Counted from the stretch's first letter, positions 30,530 to 39,559 are shown. The stretch: DNA of 41,126 bases from a virus (IMGVR_UViG_2706794694_000014), one strand, 5' to 3'. Numbers and translations: made by a program. Notes: generated by a model from the sequence alone, not told the origin.

Positions 30530-31339
30530 TCAATGAACGGTATCGAGCAGCTTTAACAGCTCAGGGAATCGGGATTCGAAGAAATGCGGCTGCGTCTCGC
30601 GCGGATTTGCAGGACTGGTGATGTTCTTGCCGAACATGCAGCCTTTCGCCGTCAGCGACCAGAATTTTTTGATGTTGTTAATCGCGGTACGGCTGTATCG
30701 TTCGCGTTGTTCAACGATCCCCAGCTTCACCATCTGGTGATATGCCTGATTAGCCGTCAGGCGGATACCATACTGCTTCAGCAGTGCACTCAGCGACAGC
30801 GTGGGGCGACTTGAGCCATCAGGCGCGTCAGCAGGAGCATCAATGGCATAGCGCGGTGCCAGATTCGGTAAGCCAACAGCCTCCTGAAGCTTCTGACAGG
30901 CTCCAAGCACTGATGAGTTAGACAGATTTAATTCCCGGCGCATAAAGTCCAGCAGGATCACGCCAGCCTGCATCTTGTCAGCAGCCTGTCCGGATAATTT
31001 TTCCGGTGCGCTGGTTACCATGTCGAAAGTACGGATCACCTTCAGATGGAATGACGGGCTGATCCACATTGCATAGGCATACACCAGTTCTTTGCAGACA
31101 TACGTCCCCTGGTTATTTCCGCCATTAATGACGCTAACTGGTTGATTTTGTTCCAGAGGCGGAATTCCACCCTCGGTGAAAAGTTGTTCAATCAATTCAC
31201 AGGTTTGCTTATTGGAGAGCCAGTATTTCGGGCGGTTTTTTTGTTCTCCCCCGGCTGCCCTGTGCAGATCGTTCAGGCTGTAACGCCCATAAGCATCACG
31301 ACGAACTTCAATACCATCAATGACCATCAGATTATTCAT
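30530..31339 (-). CDS. KilA-N domain protein
   Basis: MNNLMVIDGIEVRRDAYGRYSLNDLHRAAGGEQKNRPKYWLSNKQTCELIE (KilA-N-like); GAGGAG RBS. Confidence 0.7.
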   Translation of the reverse strand: MNNLMVIDGIEVRRDAYGRYSLNDLHRAAGGEQKNRPKYWLSNKQTCELIEQLFTEGGIPPLEQNQPVSVINGGNNQGTYVCKELVYAYAMWISPSFHLKVIRTFDMVTSAPEKLSGQAADKMQAGVILLDFMRRELNLSNSSVLGACQKLQEAVGLPNLAPRYAIDAPADAPDGSSRPTLSLSALLKQYGIRLTANQAYHQMVKLGIVEQRERYSRTAINNIKKFWSLTAKGCMFGKNITSPANPRETQPHFFESRFPELLKLLDTVH

Positions 31340-31358
31340 ACTTCGTTTCTCCTCTTGA

Positions 31359-31748
31359 TCAGGCGGCTGCACCCGCCGGTTTCTCATACTTACTGATAGT
31401 GATCTCGACCTTCCCTTTCTGGATAACCGGTCCCCACTCCACCAGCATTCTTTTCACCTGGCTGTCGTCTTCCCACACCCCCGCGTGGGTCAGGGCGTCA
31501 AACAGCGCCTTGTTATAGTTGTCCAGATCGCGGATCCGGTTATCCGGAGGAAACAACACGATCTCCACTGAAGCAGGTGCCGACGTTGGTTTTGGCAGAC
31601 GACGTAACTGCTCAACTATTGCTGCGCACGCCGCGCTCTGAAATTTTCGCCCCGCCGCGCTTATCAGGCTCTTACCAGCAAATGCCCCTTTGTTGGGGTG
31701 TCGCCAGTACGTGTTCACGCTGGGCGGGAAAGGCAGGATCAGCTTCAT
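31359..31748 (-). CDS. rusA: Holliday junction resolvase RusA
   Basis: 129 aa; PPSVNTYWRH...IRDLDNYNKALFDALTHAGVWEDDSQV (RusA catalytic Asp motif). Confidence 0.85.
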   Translation of the reverse strand: MKLILPFPPSVNTYWRHPNKGAFAGKSLISAAGRKFQSAACAAIVEQLRRLPKPTSAPASVEIVLFPPDNRIRDLDNYNKALFDALTHAGVWEDDSQVKRMLVEWGPVIQKGKVEITISKYEKPAGAAA

Positions 31749-32071
31749 ACTTTCAGGCCTCTCTCATGTAACCAGTGGGTTGCACGCAGCCTGGCGTTTT
31801 CCTCACCGGCAAGCAGTGAGCGGATAATCCCGACCGCCTCGCTGTCGTCGTCCTTCACCGCGGTATGAAGAGTGATACCCCGGGCCATGCCACGCTTTAT
31901 CGTGATGACGCCTTTTTTCTCCAGTGCGCGAAGATGTTCCACCGCTGCATTCACTGAACGGTATCCCAGCATGGTTGCCACCTCCTGATTGGTTGGCGGG
32001 AAGCCACGTTCTTTCTGGTAAGAAATCAGCATATCCAGCACCTGCTGCTGGCATTGAGTTAACGTCGTCAT
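31745..32071 (-). CDS. LexA N-terminal DNA-binding-domain-like protein, lacking the S24 peptidase domain
   Basis: LTQCQQQVLDMLISYQKERGFPPTNQEVATMLGYRSVNAAVEHLRALEKKGVITIKRGMARGITL parallels the LexA N-domain; only 108 aa. Confidence 0.65.
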   Translation of the reverse strand: MTTLTQCQQQVLDMLISYQKERGFPPTNQEVATMLGYRSVNAAVEHLRALEKKGVITIKRGMARGITLHTAVKDDDSEAVGIIRSLLAGEENARLRATHWLHERGLKV

Positions 32072-32721
32072 GCCGCCATCTCCCTGACCAGTTTTTCCGC
32101 CTGCTGGCGAACCTGCGCCAGAAACGCCTCACCACATGCCTCAAGTTCATCGCGCCCGATGTAGCTGATTGCCGGTCCCTTCCAGGTCTTGTCGAAAACA
32201 GCAATAGCACCAGCGAAGAAAGCGCCTGTCGGCACCTGCTTCTCGTCCTTCGGGATAAACCAGGCAGGCAGTTCAAAACCAATACGCCCGCGAATAAAAG
32301 CAATATGATCTGCATCTTCCGGCCACCACACTTCGCTGGTGGCAGCTTTGATCAGGAAAACATAGCGTCCGCCCTTATCACGCATGGCACTGGCATGTTT
32401 CATGATGTAACGCATGCCGGTGATGTATTGCCCTTCATGCTGACTGGCGCGGCTGTACGGGGGATTACCAAAGGCAGCACCTTTAAGCTCCGCAAGACGT
32501 TCAGACCAGTCATGCGCCAGCGCGTTGTCTTCCGCAGTGTAATAAGCGGCACATTTGGCGTTATCACCATCAGTGAACAGATCCAGAACAAACGGGCCAA
32601 ACAGGGTGTTAATTCCCCAGAAAATGTTATCCGGCGTGCGCCACTGATCGCCCACTTCCTTCAGTTCATGGGCTGGTTTGTTCCGCAGCTCCACCAGCGC
32701 CTGGCAATATTTATTACTCAT
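32068..32721 (-). CDS. Phage Dam-like DNA N6-adenine methyltransferase
   Basis: FGNPPYS motif; size and nin-region context; track ORF extends to 32754 (possible alternative start). Confidence 0.8.
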   Translation of the reverse strand: MSNKYCQALVELRNKPAHELKEVGDQWRTPDNIFWGINTLFGPFVLDLFTDGDNAKCAAYYTAEDNALAHDWSERLAELKGAAFGNPPYSRASQHEGQYITGMRYIMKHASAMRDKGGRYVFLIKAATSEVWWPEDADHIAFIRGRIGFELPAWFIPKDEKQVPTGAFFAGAIAVFDKTWKGPAISYIGRDELEACGEAFLAQVRQQAEKLVREMAA

Positions 32722-33215
32722 TAAGCCCCCACGTAATTCCCTGACAGATACCACTCTTCACCCGATGCAGCGCGCTTGCTGCTTTTCCGTAAGCACCGCT
32801 CACGACGCGCCAGAAAATTGTTTCGTTCTGGCTGGGAGTGGCTTTCACGGAATGCCGCCATCCACACCGTTGCAGCACGACGGTATAAGCCCCTGGACTC
32901 CAGTTCTTCCGCCTGGCGGGTCAGGCACAAAATCACCCGGGGATCGTTAGTGCCGACATAGAAATTGCGCACAGGTCTGGTTTCACGAACTGGTTGTGGT
33001 TCCGGCTCCTGCGCTCTCTCAGTCAGGCGTGGGAAATGTCTGCGTGTATCTCCTTCATAACGGTGAGCCACACGCCCACTCTGACGTAACTTGCTTGCTG
33101 ACTGCAGAACGCGCTGCCGTGAGTAACCTGCAAAAGCATCCGCAATGTCTCCGGAAGTACACCCCGGATGGGCTTCAATGAATTTCTGAACTTCATTCAA
33201 AAGACTCATGATCAC
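32721..33215 (-). CDS. PerC-family-like transcriptional regulator (putative)
   Basis: ...AEELESRGLYRRAATVWMAAF resembles the PerC/Pch signature; from memory. Confidence 0.4.
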   Translation of the reverse strand: MIMSLLNEVQKFIEAHPGCTSGDIADAFAGYSRQRVLQSASKLRQSGRVAHRYEGDTRRHFPRLTERAQEPEPQPVRETRPVRNFYVGTNDPRVILCLTRQAEELESRGLYRRAATVWMAAFRESHSQPERNNFLARRERCLRKSSKRAASGEEWYLSGNYVGA

Positions 33216-34030
33216 CCCCTGAATCCTGCCGGGATCTGGCTGTAGTCCACGTTGTCGTAACTGGCTTTGAAGTACGGGTCCTCGCGTCTGGCTGCAGATA
33301 CCGCAGGAACTTCCCAGAATTCTTCGAAATGACGATCCGGACCAAAGAACGTGACAGCCTGTTTCACAAATTGTGTGCCGCTGTTACCCATCGCAGATAC
33401 CCATCCCGCGTAGCGTTTCACACCTTCCAGCATGGTTTCGGGGTTTACTCCCTCATTCAAACGGGCTTTCCAGGCTTTGAAGGCTGCAGATTTTGAATTG
33501 CCACCAGCACGTTTGGGATATGCCAGCCATGCCTGCTCAAACTCCGGAGAGTATTCCGGTCGGTTTGAACGAACTCGCACGGACTCATCAACTGATGCAC
33601 CAACAGCTATTGGTTCATTGACTGGTTCTTTGACTGGTTCAAAAGAGTGACTGGTTCTGGGTGAATCTCCTGCACTACCCCCTGGTGCAACTCCTGCACT
33701 ACCTGGTGAATTTGCTGCACCAGATAGTGAATTATTTGCACTACCCCCTAGTGAATCTCCTGCACCATCCAGATGAAGGAGATAGATATTACTTGAGTTA
33801 CCTTTTTCACCTTTCCGGGTGACTTTTTTTACCAGCCCGGACTCACAAAGGGCCGCAATATGATTCATCACAGAACGTTTGCTAATTTCGCACTGGTCAG
33901 CAATATGCTGGTAGCTGGGCCAGCACTCACCCTGATCGCTGGCATTATCAGCCAGCTTGATCAGAACCAGTTTTCGCAATGGATTACCCACTCGAATTTT
34001 CATCGCTTTAACCATCAGCTCCATACTCAT
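33212..34030 (-). CDS. Putative replication initiation protein with N-terminal winged HTH
   Basis: N-terminal NPLRKLVLIKLADNASDQGECWPSYQHIADQCEISKRSVMNHIAALCESGLV; low-complexity Gly/Ser linker; position of O. Confidence 0.5.
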   Translation of the reverse strand: MSMELMVKAMKIRVGNPLRKLVLIKLADNASDQGECWPSYQHIADQCEISKRSVMNHIAALCESGLVKKVTRKGEKGNSSNIYLLHLDGAGDSLGGSANNSLSGAANSPGSAGVAPGGSAGDSPRTSHSFEPVKEPVNEPIAVGASVDESVRVRSNRPEYSPEFEQAWLAYPKRAGGNSKSAAFKAWKARLNEGVNPETMLEGVKRYAGWVSAMGNSGTQFVKQAVTFFGPDRHFEEFWEVPAVSAARREDPYFKASYDNVDYSQIPAGFRG

Positions 34031-34263
34031 GCTGCACCTCCGAGATGCTTCATGTTTTTTCCGGAGCGAAAGGCTATAAGCGGCATACTGACGCGGTAAT
34101 TACGGCCCAGCGGTTCACAAATCACCTTCTGGCATTCACGGTCAACCAGGCTAACACGTAGAACATGCCCTGCAGGCGTGGTGTACCACTGCCCAACTGT
34201 AGGAATTGATATTTTTTTACGCTGAAGCAAACGGCAAATATTGAGGATCAACGGATTAAGCAT
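34027..34263 (-). CDS. Hypothetical protein
   Basis: 78-aa ORF coupled by overlap to both neighbours. Confidence 0.4.
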   Translation of the reverse strand: MLNPLILNICRLLQRKKISIPTVGQWYTTPAGHVLRVSLVDRECQKVICEPLGRNYRVSMPLIAFRSGKNMKHLGGAA

Positions 34264-35092
34264 GACGATGCCCTCCGCTGATATTCAGGAGACGGTGAAT
34301 ATGAAAATTAGCCTTATCCGCCAGACGAATACGTTCAGCTTGCAAGTTAAGAAGGGTTTCTACCAGAACCTGATGTGCCTGCGGATCCGAAAGAGTTACC
34401 TTGCGCAGAGCACGTAGTGCAGTTGTTACATAACTGAGTTTATGTAAGTCTTCATCATTCAGACGAGTGAGGGCTGGGACAGTAGCCATGATGGCAGCCT
34501 CCTTGATCGGTGAAATACTTCCACCACCGGAAACGCCAATTTCGCTGGTGGTGAACTGAACGGGGTTGGCGTAACCGGTGATCAAGGAAACCGGCGCATC
34601 TTTCGATGCCCCCGCCCAGCCCACCATAACTTTGATGTGAGCAAATGCGGACGATAAAAAAGACGCTGGCGCGTCATATATCGCCTTGATCAATTCCAGG
34701 ACGCCAATCCCGGCACCCGCTTTATAAGGTGCCTGAACAGTGTAACGTCCCGGAATGGCAGAATCAATGTGCTGGTGGTCCTTCACACTCAACAAAATCA
34801 CGCCTGAATTTCCACAAAGGACTAAAGCACTCATGCGGGTAGTCTTTGCGAAGATAGATAACGCGCTGTGTTTCTGGCTCCCAACGAATAACATGAACAT
34901 AAAGTCCTCTTCCGTCACGAAACCAGCGGTTAAGTTCCTGCACAACTCGCCCCCCACAGTCAGGTAAAGTTCTCTGTGGTTACTTACAGCCAGGTGATTT
35001 GGTAATCTGCATTCATGCCGTAACAACAGGTGTTCAGCGACGCTGACCACCAGCTGTTGCGACAAACGGTTATTTGCCGTTAAACTGTTCAT
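34256..35092 (-). CDS. Hypothetical protein (replication-region, unrecognised)
   Basis: 278-aa ORF translationally coupled to neighbours; no motif recognised. Confidence 0.5.
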   Translation of the reverse strand: MNSLTANNRLSQQLVVSVAEHLLLRHECRLPNHLAVSNHRELYLTVGGELCRNLTAGFVTEEDFMFMLFVGSQKHSALSIFAKTTRMSALVLCGNSGVILLSVKDHQHIDSAIPGRYTVQAPYKAGAGIGVLELIKAIYDAPASFLSSAFAHIKVMVGWAGASKDAPVSLITGYANPVQFTTSEIGVSGGGSISPIKEAAIMATVPALTRLNDEDLHKLSYVTTALRALRKVTLSDPQAHQVLVETLLNLQAERIRLADKANFHIHRLLNISGGHRHA

Positions 35093-35652
35093 GCGTTAGT
35101 TTCTCCACAGACACAAAACGCCACGACGCCCGGAGCTGCACACTCGCGGGCGTCACTCTTTTCTGGAGCGCAAAAGATTTTGTAGACCAGTGCTGCATGC
35201 TCCTGGAGCTTCGAAATTGACAGATACAACTCATCATTAATTGCTGTCTGCTCGTGTGGCTCCACTACCCCATCTTCGATTGCCGAACGAATCTGCTTTG
35301 AGTAACTCCCGATCTGTTCGATGACTTCCAGCAGGCGCTGGTTTATATCGGCGTTCTCTACTTCCTCAATTTCAGGAAGCGATACAAACACCCCACCAGC
35401 AGACTGTGCGACAGCATCCGCAATGTAGTGAGTGCCAGCCGCGCGCTGTAAAATCATTGCCCATCCCAGCGGGAAAATCTGATCGCCATCTGCACGAAGG
35501 CGGTTGAATAAAGCGTTCTCTGTTACATCCAGCCACTCAGCAGCTTCAGCGTAACCCCCCGGCAACGCCGCGATAGTTTTTCTGACAGCTTTCACGTACC
35601 ACTCAGGCTGTTTTTCTACTTTCCAGTGATGCTTACCCACGGTTAGCCTCAT
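35089..35652 (-). CDS. Putative phage regulatory protein (CII/CP76-like)
   Basis: 187-aa ORF immediately downstream of the cro-like gene; family assignment from memory. Confidence 0.4.
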   Translation of the reverse strand: MRLTVGKHHWKVEKQPEWYVKAVRKTIAALPGGYAEAAEWLDVTENALFNRLRADGDQIFPLGWAMILQRAAGTHYIADAVAQSAGGVFVSLPEIEEVENADINQRLLEVIEQIGSYSKQIRSAIEDGVVEPHEQTAINDELYLSISKLQEHAALVYKIFCAPEKSDARECAAPGVVAFCVCGETNA

Positions 35653-35683
35653 CGTTCTGTGGTTAAAAATTGAAGGTGTTCTG

Positions 35684-35884
35684 TTAATCTTTCGGATAGA
35701 TATCCGGTCTTAAGTCAGATTTCGTAATTGCACCTGACGTGCATTGCTCAAGTTTTTTAGCCAGCACAAAACTGGCTTTTTTATAACCATTGAAAACCAG
35801 CCGTAAGTAGCCTGGTGTTGAGCCAACTTTTCCGGCCAACTCACCCTGCTGTTCTTTGGTTAAAGAGTCCCAATACGCTTTCAT
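35684..35884 (-). CDS. Cro-like HTH repressor
   Basis: 66 aa, MKAYWDSLTKEQQGELAGKVGSTPGYLRLVFNGYKKASFVLAKKLEQCTSGAI; divergent from cI; GGAGG RBS. The longer track ORF 35684..36187 is an upstream extension. Confidence 0.8.
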   Translation of the reverse strand: MKAYWDSLTKEQQGELAGKVGSTPGYLRLVFNGYKKASFVLAKKLEQCTSGAITKSDLRPDIYPKD

Positions 35885-35974
35885 ACAATATGTACCTCCG
35901 GTATACATATTACATGATTGAGATGAACCTTCAAGATACTTGTACCTTATCGGTACAAAGGTTTTAATTTCTTT
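35885..35974. promoter_or_regulatory. Immunity-region operator/promoter (OR-like) with palindromic operator candidates and divergent promoters
   Basis: tgtacctccggtataca (~35891-35907) and ttgtacc-ttatc-ggtacaa (~35940-35958); candidate rightward promoter on minus strand (-35 TTGAAG, -10 TAATAT). Confidence 0.6.
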
Positions 35975-36649
35975 ATGAAAACAGTCCATGACATCCGGCG
36001 GTCTAACGCCAGAAAACTGAGAGATGGTGTTGGCGGGAATTCTTCCTTTGCCACCATGATTGATCGCGAGCCAACCCAGACCAGCAGGTTTATGGGAGAT
36101 GGTGCAACTAAAAATATCGGTGACAGCATGGCACGGCACATCGAAAAATGTTTCGACCTGCCTGTCGGATGGCTTGATCAAGAACACCAGACAACGAACA
36201 TCACAAAAAAACCTGACGTTTCAATCACTAACAAACAAATAACGTTAGTCCCTGTCATATCATGGGTACAGGCCGGAGCATGGAAAGAAGTTGGCTATTC
36301 TGAGGTTGATTTGAGCACAGCAGAAACTTATCCCTGCCCTGTACCCTGTGGCGAAATGACTTATATCTTGCGGGTGATTGGTGATTCAATGATTGATGAG
36401 TACCGCCCGGGAGACATGATTTTTGTTGATCCTGAAGTCCCTGCCTGCCACGGTGACGACGTTATTGCATTGATGCACGATACAGGCGAAACCACCTTCA
36501 AGCGGTTGATAGAAGATGGAACACAGCGTTATCTCAAAGCATTAAACCCAAACTGGCCTGAGCCTTACATTAAGATTAACGGTAATTGCTCTATAATTGG
36601 TACAGTGATTTTCTCAGGAAAACCAAGAAGATACATAATAAAGGCCTAA
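35975..36649 (+). CDS. CI-like prophage repressor (HTH + LexA-like S24 autopeptidase domain)
   Basis: C-terminal VISWVQAGAWKEV...LRVIGDSMIDEYRPGDMIFVDPE...FKRLIEDG...LKALNPNWPEPYIKINGNCSIIGTV closely parallels P22 C2 / lambda CI. Confidence 0.9.
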   Translation: MKTVHDIRRSNARKLRDGVGGNSSFATMIDREPTQTSRFMGDGATKNIGDSMARHIEKCFDLPVGWLDQEHQTTNITKKPDVSITNKQITLVPVISWVQAGAWKEVGYSEVDLSTAETYPCPVPCGEMTYILRVIGDSMIDEYRPGDMIFVDPEVPACHGDDVIALMHDTGETTFKRLIEDGTQRYLKALNPNWPEPYIKINGNCSIIGTVIFSGKPRRYIIKA

Positions 36650-36660
36650 TCAATATTTAT

Positions 36661-36684
36661 AACCTGCTTCGGCAGGTTTTTTTA
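36661..36684 (+). terminator. Rho-independent terminator after cI
   Basis: cctgc-ttcg-gcagg followed by ttttttt. Confidence 0.75.
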
Positions 36685-36687
36685 TAC

Positions 36688-36716
36688 TTGACAATGTACC
36701 TTTGGGATACATAATG
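36688..36716 (+). promoter_or_regulatory. PL-like early-left promoter with embedded operator
   Basis: -35 TTGACA, 16-17 nt spacer, -10 CATAAT; spacer contains tgtacctttgggataca, matching the OR operator motif. Confidence 0.6.
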
Positions 36717-37152
36717 TATCTAAAAGAAACACAGCACAGGCAAGATTAAACAAAATTTGGTTGTAACACGGCGTATGGCACATGCGTCGTTAGCGGTCTG
36801 GGGACGTTAAAGGGGACAATCCACTCCTTGCTCGGGCAAACAAACCAGGTAGCCGGAATGTGCAAGTCAATGATGATGCTGATAAGACGCCTAACCAGCG
36901 TGGCGATTCGGTTTGACGCCTGGGAAGAGACCAGGGTGCAACGATGAGGACATTTATGGAACCGCGACAAAGTGTGGTGCCGTAACTGGCTAAGTGCTCT
37001 CAGCGTTGTGGTGAATGCGCAGGCTGATGCGCGAAAGACATTGCAGCTAATGCGGAAAAGAGCTGTTCGGCGGGGCAATTAAACGCCCGTGAGAGTCTGA
37101 AATAACCGCAAGCCGGAGATCAGCACCGGTCACCACAACAGCCACTGCTTTG

Positions 37153-37198
37153 GCGGTACCAGTTTGTACACTTGCTTCCGGCTGGTACCGCTCTTTTT
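37153..37198 (+). terminator. Terminator-like hairpin in the early-left leader (tL-like)
   Basis: 10-bp perfect inverted repeat gcggtaccag ... ctggtaccgc with 19-nt loop, followed by tcttttt. Confidence 0.5.
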
Positions 37199-37201
37199 AC
37201 A

Positions 37202-37284
37202 AAACAGAGAAGAGCATCACCGGACGACGGGCTCATAACCAAATCCATCCGGGCGGCTGCCACCGCAGGTGTTCTTCTCTGTTT
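37202..37284 (+). ncRNA. Structured leader RNA element (12-bp perfect inverted repeat enclosing ~59 nt) upstream of the first early-left gene
   Basis: aaacagagaaga (37202-37213) pairs with tcttctctgttt (37273-37284); no ORF longer than ~30 codons with an ATG start in the 600-nt leader. Confidence 0.35.
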
Positions 37285-37335
37285 TGTGGAGAAACCAACC
37301 GACCTTGCAGGGTCGATATGATTAGGAGCAGCAAA

Positions 37336-37698
37336 ATGGCTAGCGAACGCAGTACTGATGTGCAGGCATTTATTGGGGAGCTGGACGGCGGCGTATTTGA
37401 AACCAAAATCGGCGCAGTTCTCAGTGAAGTCGCTTCCGGTGTGATGAACACGAAAACCAAAGGTAAGGTCTCACTCAACCTGGAAATCGAACCATTTGAT
37501 GAGAACCGTGTGAAAATCAAACACAAACTCTCATATGTTCGCCCGACTAACCGCGGGAAAATTTCCGAAGAAGACACCACCGAAACGCCGATGTATGTCA
37601 ATCGCGGTGGTCGCCTGACTATTCTGCAGGAAGACCAGGGACAATTACTGACTCTTGCCGGTGAACCTGACGGAAAACTCCGCGCAGCAGGTCATTAA
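37336..37698 (+). CDS. Hypothetical early protein (YfdP-like)
   Basis: 121 aa from MASERSTDVQAFIGELDGG with AGGAG RBS; the track ORF 37150..37698 is an upstream extension. Confidence 0.6.
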   Translation: MASERSTDVQAFIGELDGGVFETKIGAVLSEVASGVMNTKTKGKVSLNLEIEPFDENRVKIKHKLSYVRPTNRGKISEEDTTETPMYVNRGGRLTILQEDQGQLLTLAGEPDGKLRAAGH

Positions 37699-37763
37699 TA
37701 TCGTTCTTAATTAACCGATTATTTATCTCATCACTGAATATCTTTATATAGTGAGGACTTATT

Positions 37764-38588
37764 ATGTCTCAGAACTTAGACGCAACCGCAATTAATCAAA
37801 TCCATGCCCTTATTTCTGCTCAGGGTGTTAATGAAATTATCAGTAAGATTGGTGCCGATGCTGTGGCATTGCCTGAGAATTTCCGCATTCATGATCTGGA
37901 AAAATTAAATTTAAATCGTTTCCGTTTCCGTGGTGCGCTTTCCACTGCCAGCATCGATGACTTTACTCGTTATTCTAAAGATCTTGCAGATGAAGGCACC
38001 CGCTGCTTTATCGATGCTGATAATATGCGTGCCGTCAGTGTTCTTAACCTGGGTACTATTGATGAACCAGGTCACGCAGATAACACCGCCACTCTCAAAC
38101 TGAAAAAGACAGCTCCGTTCTCTGCTCTGTTGTCTGTTAATGGCGAGCGTAACTCCCAGAAGTCACTGGCAGAATGGATTGAAGACTGGGCCGACTACCT
38201 TGTGGGCTTTGATGCTAATGGTGACGCCATTCAGGCAACCAAAGCGGCTGCGGCGATCCGTAAAATCACAATTGAAGCGAACCAGACCGCTGATTTTGAA
38301 GATAATGACTTCAGCGGCAAACGCTCCCTGATGGAGTCTGTCGAAGCGAAGACCAAAGACATTATGCCAGTGGCATTTGAATTTAAATGCGTTCCGTTTG
38401 AAGGTCTGAAAGAACGTCCGTTTAAATTACGCCTCAGCATTATCACTGGCGATCGTCCTGTACTGGTTCTGCGCATTATTCAGCTGGAAGCGGTACAGGA
38501 AGAAATGGCTAACGAATTTCGTGATCTGCTTGTTGAGAAATTCAAAGACAGCAAAGTAGAAACCTTTATTGGTACTTTCACCGCCTGA
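37764..38588 (+). CDS. DUF2303-like protein (YfdQ-like)
   Basis: 274 aa, [21 protein letters not shown]...; GAGGA RBS; family from memory. Confidence 0.6.
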   Translation: MSQNLDATAINQIHALISAQGVNEIISKIGADAVALPENFRIHDLEKLNLNRFRFRGALSTASIDDFTRYSKDLADEGTRCFIDADNMRAVSVLNLGTIDEPGHADNTATLKLKKTAPFSALLSVNGERNSQKSLAEWIEDWADYLVGFDANGDAIQATKAAAAIRKITIEANQTADFEDNDFSGKRSLMESVEAKTKDIMPVAFEFKCVPFEGLKERPFKLRLSIITGDRPVLVLRIIQLEAVQEEMANEFRDLLVEKFKDSKVETFIGTFTA

Positions 38589-38599
38589 TTTCATTACTG

Positions 38600-38626
38600 C
38601 AAATGCCCCTGCGGGGGCATTTACGG
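38600..38626 (+). terminator. Terminator-like hairpin after the YfdQ-like gene
   Basis: atgcccc-tgc-gggggcat followed by ttac (weak U-run). Confidence 0.4.
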
Positions 38627-38764
38627 AAGCGATAATTTTAACTATTGCCGCCCCTATAAAGAACCATTAAACAATAACGTGACGTAGCTATTGATAGTAA
38701 ATGAAGCACTTGCAAAATAATTGCATTGCGTATATATACACACATGTGTTGTATTACAGCGATA

Positions 38765-39559
38765 ATGGTAAAGCAAATGATTAACTCTGAAGCAATTGAG
38801 CAACTAATGTGGCTATGGTCCTTATTTGACATTAAATTCTTATCTATTCTTGCCGCTGCCTTCACTATATATTTTGGCGTGCAAAAAATATCAAAAAAGG
38901 TGACAGTGTCGTATTCAGCAAATGCAAGTAGAATATATGACATGCATATATCAACCATAATCCTGAATAATAAAAGAGATAATGCAATTGCTATATCTTC
39001 AATCAATATGGAGGTTGAAGGTAAAGGGATACTACAAGTTATTAAATTTGACTCCCCTCTTCTTTTAAAGAACTATGATTCTTTAAAAGTTGAACCACCA
39101 AAATTTAGCAGCCTTTACAATAATGATGGCGTAGTTAAGTTAGATATTTCTGATAAGTTTCATTTTTATATAATCACGACATCTGGAGATGAAATTAAAT
39201 GTATTTCTGAAAATAAATATGTAGCACCAAACATGGAAAACAAAATAGCTACAGACATAAGAAAATTTAATGGCATTGTCTTAACAAACAGAATGTCTTA
39301 TATTTTTTTCTATGCAAATGACAACGGAGAGAAATACTGCATAATAGATGTTTCATTGTTCATAAATGGTGACAACCCATTTCATTTTAATTTTTTAAAA
39401 GAAGATGAATTAAGAGATTTTTCTAGCATCCTTATTAGTTACGGATATCACCAACAGTTTAAAAGTTATGCATTGTTTAAAATAGACAACCATCTTGCTC
39501 CTTCTTTGGTTTTAAATAAATCAATGATAGAAAATAATATTATTGAAATGAATAAGTAA
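38765..39559 (+). CDS. AT-rich moron: membrane-anchored protein of unknown function (candidate exclusion/abortive-infection protein)
   Basis: Sharp drop in GC content over ~38700-39560; N-terminal TM helix LWSLFDIKFLSILAAAFTIYFGV; candidate own promoter (TTGCAA...TATATA) upstream; alternative starts at 38726 and 38777. Confidence 0.6.
   Translation: MVKQMINSEAIEQLMWLWSLFDIKFLSILAAAFTIYFGVQKISKKVTVSYSANASRIYDMHISTIILNNKRDNAIAISSINMEVEGKGILQVIKFDSPLLLKNYDSLKVEPPKFSSLYNNDGVVKLDISDKFHFYIITTSGDEIKCISENKYVAPNMENKIATDIRKFNGIVLTNRMSYIFFYANDNGEKYCIIDVSLFINGDNPFHFNFLKEDELRDFSSILISYGYHQQFKSYALFKIDNHLAPSLVLNKSMIENNIIEMNK

Noticed and set aside
35885-36187. N-terminal 100 codons of track ORF 35684..36187
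   Set aside because: Overlaps the cI gene and the operator region on the opposite strand; the real cro-like gene starts at the internal ATG (35884) with a GGAGG RBS.
36746-37078. 110-aa minus-strand ORF in the early-left leader
   Set aside because: Arg/Cys-rich low-complexity translation, no RBS, antisense to a promoter-driven leader; more likely non-coding.
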